A DNA stretch of 64,000 bases from assembly GCA_963728575.1 (NCBI GenBank), contig CAVSKT010000007.1:23357-87356 (forward strand), given 5' to 3'. The position numbers were made by a program, and so were the translations under genes. Origin of the DNA: an uncultured Acidobacteriota bacterium. GTDB taxonomy: Bacteria; Acidobacteriota; Blastocatellia; Pyrinomonadales; Pyrinomonadaceae. A model generated the notes under the pieces. It saw only the letters and a program-made list of their open reading frames with translations, made no database searches and was not told where the DNA came from. Below, in pieces: positions 49,923 through 57,748 of this stretch. Numbering within the stretch: position 1 is the first letter of the stretch; every line of letters starts with the position of its first letter.

Positions 49923-52900
49923 TCACTGCCTCTGGCGTCCTCCAGACAATCTACGGTAGTACTCCTCCACCGCGCGCCGATATTTTTCAGGCGCGGCGCC
50001 CTCGTCTCGCAATCGCAGATTAGTTCGACCACTCTGTTGCTGCACCTGCCGGCTCAACTCCAACTCGAGTTGGCGTAATGGTTCGATCACGTCGGCCTTC
50101 AGATATGAAGCCGTTGCGGCGTCACCCTCCATTCTTCCATCGGCGAGTTTTCTCAACTGTTCGATCACTTCATCGAGCCGGCCCGCGCCCCATCCGGTTG
50201 TGCCCCACTCGCGTCGCAGGTCCTGCGCTTCCCGCAGTCGCTCGCGTATCTCGGCGGGGAGTTGACGATTGTCACCCCAGCCATCACCCGAGTTTCCGCC
50301 ATACGAAACGCCACGACGTTCATTCGATCGCAGCGACTGGCTTCCATTCTGCGACCCGCCAGCCTGCTGGCCCTCACCTTGTTGTTGACCTTGCTGCTGG
50401 CCGCTCTGCGAACCTTGTCCTTGCCCCTGCTGACCTTCCTGGCCATTTTGTCCCTGCTGACCGCTTTGAGCCTGCTGACCGCTTTGAGCCTGCTGACCGT
50501 TTTGACCCTGCTGGCCGCTTTGACCCTGCTGATTCTGGGCCTGCTGTCCCTGTTGACCCTTCCCCGGTTGCTGCCCCTGCTGTTGTCCGTTTCGACGCTG
50601 AGCGTTTTCATCCAAACGCCGGCGCAACGAATCGAGATTGTCAGCGAGTTGACGTGTGCGATCGAGATTCTCTTCCGCACTCGATCCATTCGCACCACGC
50701 GCGCTCTGTTCCGCCGCCTGAAGCTTTTCAGAAACGTTGTTCAGACTTTTTTCAATCGCGCGTTCATCTGCTTGACCACCACCCTGCTGTCCGTTTTGCA
50801 ACGACTGTTTGCCTTCACGAATCCGATCGGCAACGCGATCGCGCGCAAGCGAATCTGCCGCATCTTTTAATTGCCGCGACGCACGCTGCTGGCCCTGGCT
50901 ACCCGAACCCATCGCTCGCGCCGACTGTTCGATGTCCTGTTGCAGACCGTTCACGCTGTCGGCTAAAGCGTCTTTCCTCTCCGCCAATTGTTCACGCTTC
51001 GCGCGCGAGTTCTCATCCTGCGCGTTCTGCCCACCGCGGCGATTGAGGTTCTCGATGTCTTTCGCGATCTCACGTTGCCGTGAAGCTGCTTGCGCAGCGC
51101 GTTGGCGAAGATCGGAGATCTGCTGTTGACGACCTGATTGTCCTGACTGCTGCCCACCGCGCCCGTTCGAACCACTCATTTGCTGCAAGCGTTGCTGCGC
51201 CTGCTGCAACTTATCCAACGCGCGTTCGTTTTGCGCGATCGACTCCTGCTGATTATTGCGCGACGATGCCTGCGCTTTCTGCATTTCGTCAGCAGTCTGA
51301 TTGAGTTGACGGCTCAATTCCGCCATTTGTTGATCGCGACGTTCGCGCGAAAGTCGTTCGAGCTCACGCGCTGCTTTGCGAGTTTCGTCGATCAGTTCCT
51401 GTTGTTGTCGTTGATTGCTGCTCGACCCGTTTGCCGGACCTCCCTGTTGGCGACGTCGTTGTTCTTCGAGAGCTTGCTGCTGGCGTCGCGCAAGTTCTTC
51501 GAGACGGCGTTCGGCTTCGCTCTTCTGTTGCTCCGCCTGCTGCTGTTGCGCGCGCTGCACGGTCTCATACTGGTTCTTCATTTTGTCGAGTTCGAGGTCG
51601 AAAAGACCAGCGAGTTCCTGCTGCTCTCGTTGACCGCCGCTGCCGCCACCGCCGCTGTTCTGTTCACCAAATGCGACTTGCACTTCGCGGAAGATCGCGT
51701 CGGCTGCAAGCAATCTTTGCAACGCGCGTTGTTCGGGCGGCAACGCGTCTTTGCCCTGCTCTTTTCTGAGCGGAGGCGGTGCGCCTTCCATCTCTTTCGC
51801 GGCCTGCTTCAGGTGCTCCGCCATTTCGGCTACTTGTTTCTGACCATCCGTACCGCCGAGTCGACGGCCCATGCGATCGAGAAATTCGAGCGTGTCAGTC
51901 CGAAGTTTTTCCTGGCCGGTCGCGACTGCTTCGTAACCGTCCTTGCGTTCCTGTTCGGTGTATTTTTCACCTTCACGAATCAGCCGGTGCGTTGCCGCGA
52001 TCAGATCTTTTTGACGGCGTGATAATGCGTTCTGCTCCTGATCGCCGCCCTGACCGCCACCACCGCCGCCGCCTTGCTGCTGCGACTGCTTGTACTCCAT
52101 CTCAAACGGTTTCACTTCGATGAAGTAGATGTCGCTGGTGGCTTCATTGCTGGCGTCGCGCGCCTTCGCAAAATACGAAATGAAGTCGCCGGGTTTGAGA
52201 TTGTATTCCTCGAGAAAGAACGTGTGTGCCCCACTCAGGGACCGCGCTGATTCGCGAGTGAGTTGCTGAAGGTTGACGGTCTTTTCCTCGCCGCCGTTAA
52301 CTGAGAAGTGCAGATCCATCGACACAACGCCGTAATCGTCTTCGGCGCGCGCCTGAGTGAAAACTTCTTCGAGGTTCGTCGCCTTCCTGTCGCGCCCGGG
52401 TTTGTCGAAAGAGATCACTGGCGGTTGATCAGTGAGCACTGACACGTCGTACTCGTTCGAGCCGCGATAAGCTTCACCGTCCACGCTGATCAGTTCGATG
52501 TAGTAGCTCGTGTCGCCGGCAACTGTTAACTGGCCCACAAAGTCGGAGCCCTGCAGTTTCATCTCCGTTTTCTTGCCGTCAGAGAAAACTATATTTGCGG
52601 CGCGCACCTTGCCGGTGAGTTTCGCGGTAACAGTTGCGACGGTTCCCTTCAACGCGGCAATGTCGCCGCCGTCTTCGATTGCCTTCGTCGGAAGATTCGT
52701 AAACGCCGGGAAGTTGAGCGAGAGATCGAGTTGTTTGACGAAAGGCAGATCGACAACGTTGAGTTTGAAAACTTCTGAACGAACACTGTTTGATTCGACA
52801 AAGTATTCCATCGAATCCTGAATGTTGAAGATCGAGAAACGAAAGTCGCTCTTTGCTTTGGCCGGCTCCATCACCTGGCCCTGGAAGTCGTCTTTCGATC

Positions 52901-53588
52901 CGAGCGGGCGAGAGAATACGGTCACCTGTTGTGAATCGAAGTTGACGAGGGTGGCAAGGATGTCCTGATCGGAGCCTTTCGGAACGCGCGCTGTGCCCGG
53001 TTTTACCTTGATGCTCAACGCGTTTTTCGAAGCCGCGAGAGTTGTTGGTGTAACGAGCTGTGCGACGCCTTCAGAGATCTCGCGTGGTCCCCACTTCAAT
53101 ACGCCGGCAAAGATCAACAGACTCGCGAGCGCGGCTCCGCCGTAAAGAAGCAATCGCGATTGGCGGATAACATTCCGCACGTCGAGCATCGCGGAGACGC
53201 TGTTCGCGTCCTGGTAAAGACGATTCACAATTGCGGGAGAGACTCTGTGTGTGTCGTTGGAATACTCAACTGCTGTGACGAGACGATCTTCAGCCTCGGG
53301 CGAATGTTCCTCGATCAAGCGCGCGAGACGTGCATCGCTGATGCGTTTGAGCAATGGCCGAAGGAGGGCGAAATAGATCGTAGTGAGACAGACCAGCAGC
53401 GCTCCGATGCGCAGAGTTATTAGCGCGGCGCCGTTGTATCGATAACGATGGGCGCCCCAGCCGGTAAGCAGCAGCACAACGGCGACGACGCCGACGCTGA
53501 TGGCCACACCGCGCAGCGAAAGCAGAAGCTGCCGTCGCGAACGCGCTCGTCGCAGGAGATCGTCCAGAACCTTGGTTTCAGCGCTCAT
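49923..53588 (-). CDS. DUF4175-like giant membrane-anchored protein with a Gln-rich coiled-coil C-terminal half
   Basis: ATG 53588 follows AGAGGAGAG. Two N-terminal TM helices, a beta-rich middle region, then ~600 aa of Q/E/R-rich coiled coil and GQQ repeats. Confidence 0.7.
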   Translation of the reverse strand: MSAETKVLDDLLRRARSRRQLLLSLRGVAISVGVVAVVLLLTGWGAHRYRYNGAALITLRIGALLVCLTTIYFALLRPLLKRISDARLARLIEEHSPEAEDRLVTAVEYSNDTHRVSPAIVNRLYQDANSVSAMLDVRNVIRQSRLLLYGGAALASLLIFAGVLKWGPREISEGVAQLVTPTTLAASKNALSIKVKPGTARVPKGSDQDILATLVNFDSQQVTVFSRPLGSKDDFQGQVMEPAKAKSDFRFSIFNIQDSMEYFVESNSVRSEVFKLNVVDLPFVKQLDLSLNFPAFTNLPTKAIEDGGDIAALKGTVATVTAKLTGKVRAANIVFSDGKKTEMKLQGSDFVGQLTVAGDTSYYIELISVDGEAYRGSNEYDVSVLTDQPPVISFDKPGRDRKATNLEEVFTQARAEDDYGVVSMDLHFSVNGGEEKTVNLQQLTRESARSLSGAHTFFLEEYNLKPGDFISYFAKARDASNEATSDIYFIEVKPFEMEYKQSQQQGGGGGGGQGGDQEQNALSRRQKDLIAATHRLIREGEKYTEQERKDGYEAVATGQEKLRTDTLEFLDRMGRRLGGTDGQKQVAEMAEHLKQAAKEMEGAPPPLRKEQGKDALPPEQRALQRLLAADAIFREVQVAFGEQNSGGGGSGGQREQQELAGLFDLELDKMKNQYETVQRAQQQQAEQQKSEAERRLEELARRQQQALEEQRRRQQGGPANGSSSNQRQQQELIDETRKAARELERLSRERRDQQMAELSRQLNQTADEMQKAQASSRNNQQESIAQNERALDKLQQAQQRLQQMSGSNGRGGQQSGQSGRQQQISDLRQRAAQAASRQREIAKDIENLNRRGGQNAQDENSRAKREQLAERKDALADSVNGLQQDIEQSARAMGSGSQGQQRASRQLKDAADSLARDRVADRIREGKQSLQNGQQGGGQADERAIEKSLNNVSEKLQAAEQSARGANGSSAEENLDRTRQLADNLDSLRRRLDENAQRRNGQQQGQQPGKGQQGQQAQNQQGQSGQQGQNGQQAQSGQQAQSGQQGQNGQEGQQGQGQGSQSGQQQGQQQGEGQQAGGSQNGSQSLRSNERRGVSYGGNSGDGWGDNRQLPAEIRERLREAQDLRREWGTTGWGAGRLDEVIEQLRKLADGRMEGDAATASYLKADVIEPLRQLELELSRQVQQQSGRTNLRLRDEGAAPEKYRRAVEEYYRRLSGGRQRQ
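50453..50524 (-). repeat. Four tandem 18-bp units (six-codon QxQSGQ-type repeat) inside the Gln-rich region
   Basis: On the plus strand CCTGCTGACCGCTTTGAG occurs twice, followed by CCTGCTGACCGTTTTGAC and CCTGCTGGCCGCTTTGAC. Degenerate copies flank it from about 50400 to 50580. Confidence 0.85.
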
Positions 53589-53601
53589 GATCTCTCCTCT
53601 T

Positions 53602-53690
53602 CTCTGTGCAACCTCTGTGTCCTCTGTGGTTAACTGTTTCTGAGATAATAACCACCACAGAGACACAGAGAACACACAGGTTACACAGAG
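53602..53690. repeat. CACAGAG-type word-repeat hairpin within the operon, between the BatA-N and DUF4175-like genes
   Basis: CTCTGTGCAACCTCTGTGTCCTCTGTGGTT pairs imperfectly with AACCACCACAGAGACACAGAGAACACACAGGTTACACAGAG. Confidence 0.75.
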
Positions 53691-53697
53691 AAAACTT

Positions 53698-55746
53698 TCA
53701 GCCGATCATCTTCACCATCTTCGTGCGTCGCGCCAGGAGGGATTCGGCCAGGAGCAATAGTAGCGCGATCAGCAGCAGCAACCACCATACTTTCTGGCGG
53801 CCCTCGACCTCTTCACCACTCAAATTGCTATTCGCTGCGCCACCTTCCGCACTGCCCGCTCCGCCCGTCACGCCCGCCAGAAACTCCTGAAAATTCAGCT
53901 TCGTAAAATCACCTTCGGCGCCGTCGACGTTCACCGCCGCAAACCCGGGATGGTCGTTATAACGCAAACGATAGAATCCAGGCTCGCGTGCTGTGACGAG
54001 TAGATCGCCATCAGGGGTGAGCCGGTTTTCAGATAGGCGCGCGCCCGCGGGAGTGTCGACCGGCGGCGGTGCTGGTTCACGTCGCTTCGCCACTGTGAAC
54101 GTTTGGCCCAGCCCGTACCACGAGTTCTCTTCACGCGCTCCTGTGTAACGAACCATCTGATGAATGAAGGGCAAGTAGAGCGGCGTGAGGGGAAGATCGT
54201 TCCAACTCGGTCCCAACGACGACGTGAACAGCATCACTCGACCCTTGCCCGTGCGACCTTCAATAAGCGCGGGACTTCCATCTTCGAACCGCGCGAGTAC
54301 TGCAGCGGTGGCGGTCGGCTCAGATCGGAAATATCCGATCACATTTGCACCCGCGAGCCTGCCACTCTCCTGAAACAGTTCGAAGATCGGATGGTCAAAT
54401 TTTACTTGAGTGATCGCAACACTCTCACCCGCTTTTGGCTGCACGCTTTCGCGCAAAAGCGCAGGCGTAATTCGCTGGAGTGAAGCGTTGAAACTTTCCA
54501 CCTCCGTGCGCGGTCCGGTGGACACGATAATCTGTCCGCCTGCTTCGACGAATTTGACGAGCGTATCAGCGAGTGCGGGCGAGATCGGTCCGCTGTCGTT
54601 CAAAATCACGAGTGAGTATTCTGAAATGCTCGTGGGATCAACCGACCCACCGCTCTTAAGCGTGAATGTGAACGGCAGATCCTCGTTCGTCGTGAGCGCG
54701 CTCTGAAGGTGCAAGCTGTCGCTGCGGCCGCGCGAGGCGCTCTCGACGATCAAAGCCTTCGCGGGATTTTCACGTCGCAAAGTGAAATAAAACCGATTGT
54801 CCTGGACGAAATCGTTCGAGACGATCTCGATCGTGCAACGATTGATGCCGTCGTTCAGATTAAAACCCGTAAATTCGACTGCACGCGAACCGCGATTGTT
54901 GAGACTAATGCTGCGCTTCTCAACCGTCTGGTCGTTGATTTGAAACTCGACCTGAATCTGGTCCCGGGGCGTGTCGCTGAAGTTGCTGACATGGACCACA
55001 AGGTTGTCGAGATACTTCTGACCGAAAACGACGCCGCGCGCTTCGACGTTCGTGACGGCGATGTTCGGCGGCGTGGTGTTTCCGCCGATATCGTAAGGCG
55101 TGAATTGCGTGTTGTTGCCGAGTTTGAAAGTCGAAGTCGCGTGCGTCCAACCGGGCGCCTGAAAATCGGAGATCATGACGATCCGTTTTGGACCAGTCGT
55201 CTCGATTTCACCCAAAAGTGATTCAGCGCCGCGCAATGCCTGCTCGTAATCTGTTCCGTCCCAACCTGCACCTAAACTGCCGATCGCTGTTCGTACGCGA
55301 TTTTTATCGGCAGTGAAGCGATTGATAACTGTGTAGCGCTTGTCGAAACTCAGGAGCGCGATCTGTTCGTCATTCCGTGCTTCGTCGACTACGGCCTCAG
55401 CTCGACGCTGAGCGTCGGCAAACAACTGCTCGCGACGCATGCTCAACGAGTTGTCGATGAGAATCACTGTTGCACCCGCGGCGCTATTGTCTTTCGCGGC
55501 GCTGCCGCCGCTGAAAAACGGCCGTGTAAATGCGATGACGATCAAGAGGATCGCCAAAGCCCGAAGCAGAAGTAAAAGCAGATTATGAAAGGTACGACGG
55601 CGGATCGTGCGTTGTGGAACCTGGCGCACGAAGACCAGCGCGGGAAACTGAACGCGACGCGCACGTGTGCGACGCACCAGATGCACAAGAATGGGCGCCG
55701 CGAGCGCCGCAACGCCGAGAAAAAACAATGGCGTCAAGAACGACAT
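53698..55746 (-). CDS. BatA-N (aerotolerance-related N-terminal double-TM) domain protein with a large extracytoplasmic region
   Basis: ATG 55746 gives MSFLTPLFFLGVAALAAPILVHLVRR, the typical BatA N-terminal motif. A VWA-like segment (ATVILIDNSLSM) follows. C-terminal TM. Confidence 0.8.
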   Translation of the reverse strand: MSFLTPLFFLGVAALAAPILVHLVRRTRARRVQFPALVFVRQVPQRTIRRRTFHNLLLLLLRALAILLIVIAFTRPFFSGGSAAKDNSAAGATVILIDNSLSMRREQLFADAQRRAEAVVDEARNDEQIALLSFDKRYTVINRFTADKNRVRTAIGSLGAGWDGTDYEQALRGAESLLGEIETTGPKRIVMISDFQAPGWTHATSTFKLGNNTQFTPYDIGGNTTPPNIAVTNVEARGVVFGQKYLDNLVVHVSNFSDTPRDQIQVEFQINDQTVEKRSISLNNRGSRAVEFTGFNLNDGINRCTIEIVSNDFVQDNRFYFTLRRENPAKALIVESASRGRSDSLHLQSALTTNEDLPFTFTLKSGGSVDPTSISEYSLVILNDSGPISPALADTLVKFVEAGGQIIVSTGPRTEVESFNASLQRITPALLRESVQPKAGESVAITQVKFDHPIFELFQESGRLAGANVIGYFRSEPTATAAVLARFEDGSPALIEGRTGKGRVMLFTSSLGPSWNDLPLTPLYLPFIHQMVRYTGAREENSWYGLGQTFTVAKRREPAPPPVDTPAGARLSENRLTPDGDLLVTAREPGFYRLRYNDHPGFAAVNVDGAEGDFTKLNFQEFLAGVTGGAGSAEGGAANSNLSGEEVEGRQKVWWLLLLIALLLLLAESLLARRTKMVKMIG

Positions 55747-55751
55747 AAAAA

Positions 55752-56711
55752 CTATTTGCCAGCGCGACGTGACAGGAACGAGAACAGTGCGAAATCCAAT
55801 GGCTGTTTCGTTGTCAGCATTTCGTAATCGACGTGGTTCGCCGCCGCGCAACGTTGCATCGCGTCGATGTGCGTGCGCATCCGTTCGCGATAGCCGCTCA
55901 TCACCACGTCGGGAAGCACGGGCATCTGCTCCTGCGTTTCAGCATCTTCGAGCAACACAACAGGATCGCTGAAATCAAAGTCCAACTCGTTCTGATCGAG
56001 CACATGAAACGCGACGAGATCGTGCCCCTTGAAACGCAGATGCTGAAATGCTTCCTGTAAACGTTCTGGTTGATCGTAAAAGTCGGAGATGATTACTACG
56101 ATTCCACGTCGCGTCAGGATTTCCGCGAGTTGATGCAAAGACTGCGCTAGATCCGTCTCGCCGCCTGATTCCAGGAGGGACAAGTGGCCGAAGATCGTGC
56201 GCATGTGCCCGGTGCGATTGCGGGCGGGCACGTGTGTGTGAACACGATCGGCAAACGCAACCATGCCGACTGCATCCTGTTGCCGGTTCAGCAGATAGGC
56301 CAGCGACGCCGCCAAAAACTGTGCGTATTGCAGCTTCGTGATCGAGCTCGCGTGCGCGTAGTTCATCGATGCGCTGGTGTCGACAAGCAAGTGGCACTGC
56401 GTGTTCGTGTCGGCGCGATATTTTTTGATGAAGTAACGATCGGTGCGACCAAGCAGACGCCAATCGAGATAGCGCAAATCATCACCGGCGTTGTACTGGC
56501 GATACTCAGTGAACTCCGTGGAGAAACCTGTGTACGGGGAACGATGCAAACCGGACATAAACCCCTCGACCACGGCGCGTGCGAGCAGCTCGAGCGATCC
56601 GATCCGCGCAAGCAGCTCCGGATCGAGAAACCGCGCAGGCGTAGTTACCGGCGCCGCGGCGACCGGCGTCGACTGTTGTTGACTTTCTTTGTTACGTCTC
56701 GGCCAGATCAT
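55752..56711 (-). CDS. DUF58-family protein (VWA-like, MoxR partner)
   Basis: 319-aa ORF with SPYTGFSTEFTEYRQYNAGDDLRYLDWRLLGRTDRYFIKKYRADTN and VVIISDFYD. Confidence 0.85.
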   Translation of the reverse strand: MIWPRRNKESQQQSTPVAAAPVTTPARFLDPELLARIGSLELLARAVVEGFMSGLHRSPYTGFSTEFTEYRQYNAGDDLRYLDWRLLGRTDRYFIKKYRADTNTQCHLLVDTSASMNYAHASSITKLQYAQFLAASLAYLLNRQQDAVGMVAFADRVHTHVPARNRTGHMRTIFGHLSLLESGGETDLAQSLHQLAEILTRRGIVVIISDFYDQPERLQEAFQHLRFKGHDLVAFHVLDQNELDFDFSDPVVLLEDAETQEQMPVLPDVVMSGYRERMRTHIDAMQRCAAANHVDYEMLTTKQPLDFALFSFLSRRAGK

Positions 56712-56720
56712 TAACTTTAG

Positions 56721-57740
56721 CTACAACCCGCTCTTCGGTTCAGGCACCGTTTCGATCAATCGCTTGATCACCTGATCTGAATCAACCTTTTCCGCCTCAG
56801 CCTGGAAGTTCAACAGCACTCTGTGTCGCAACACCGCCGGCGCGACTGCACGCACGTCTTCACACGAGACGTTGTATCGCCCGCGCAGTATCGCCCGCGC
56901 CTTTCCGCCAAAGATCAGAAATTGCGACGCGCGCAACGATCCACCCCACGTGACCCATTTATTAATAAAGTCAGGCGCCGAAGGTGTTCCCGGACGGCTT
57001 GCATTAACCAACCTAACCGCATATCTGGCAACTGTGTCCGACGCCGGCACCTGTCTGACGAGTCGTTGAAAAGCGATGATCTCGTCCGCAGACATCAATC
57101 GCTCGAACTCGTAATCCTGCGGCGACGTCGTTTGTTTGACGACCGCGACTTCCTCTTCCTCCGGCAGGTAACCGATCTTCACATTGAACATGAAACGATC
57201 GAGTTGCGCTTCCGGCAGCGGATACGTTCCTTCCATTTCGATCGGATTCTGTGTTGCGAGCACGTGAAACGGTCGCGGCAGATCGTAACTGACGCCTTGC
57301 ACAGTCACGCGACCTTCCTGCATCGCTTCGAGCAGGGCCGCCTGCGTTTTGGGCGGTGTGCGGTTGATCTCATCGGCGAGGACGATGTTGGCGAAAATTG
57401 GACCAGGGATAAACTGAAGTGCGCGGCGTCCGGTCGCGCGATCCTCTTCAATGATCTCGGTGCCGGTAATGTCGGCAGGCATCAAGTCAGGAGTGAACTG
57501 AATTCGTTTGAACGAAAGATCGAGAACGTTGGCGATGGTTCGTACGAGTAATGTTTTTGCAAGGCCCGGCACACCCGTGATGATTGAGTGACCGCCGACA
57601 AAGAGTGCGAGCAGAACCTGTTCGACCACTTCATCCTGCCCGATTATTGCCTTTCTAATTTCTCGCAGCAGGCGCTCGCGCGCCGTCCCGAGTTTGTCGA
57701 GCAGTTGCTCGTCGCTAATGGTTAAAGTGTCAACCGCCAT
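56721..57740 (-). CDS. MoxR-family AAA+ ATPase
   Basis: 339-aa ORF with GVPGLAKTLL (Walker A), VLADEINR (Walker B) and ATQNPIEMEGTYPLPEAQLDRF. Confidence 0.9.
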   Translation of the reverse strand: MAVDTLTISDEQLLDKLGTARERLLREIRKAIIGQDEVVEQVLLALFVGGHSIITGVPGLAKTLLVRTIANVLDLSFKRIQFTPDLMPADITGTEIIEEDRATGRRALQFIPGPIFANIVLADEINRTPPKTQAALLEAMQEGRVTVQGVSYDLPRPFHVLATQNPIEMEGTYPLPEAQLDRFMFNVKIGYLPEEEEVAVVKQTTSPQDYEFERLMSADEIIAFQRLVRQVPASDTVARYAVRLVNASRPGTPSAPDFINKWVTWGGSLRASQFLIFGGKARAILRGRYNVSCEDVRAVAPAVLRHRVLLNFQAEAEKVDSDQVIKRLIETVPEPKSGL

Positions 57741-57748
57741 GTGTCCTC

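Noticed and set aside
50078-52123. Several long plus-strand ORFs (322, 202, 280, 114 aa and others) opposite the DUF4175-like gene
   Set aside because: They are antisense artefacts of the CAG/CTG-rich Gln-repeat region. Their translations are Leu/Ser/Arg/Ala low complexity, and they overlap one another in different frames.
56823-57551. 242-aa plus-strand ORF inside the MoxR gene
   Set aside because: It is antisense to a textbook MoxR AAA+ sequence. It has an Arg-rich composition.
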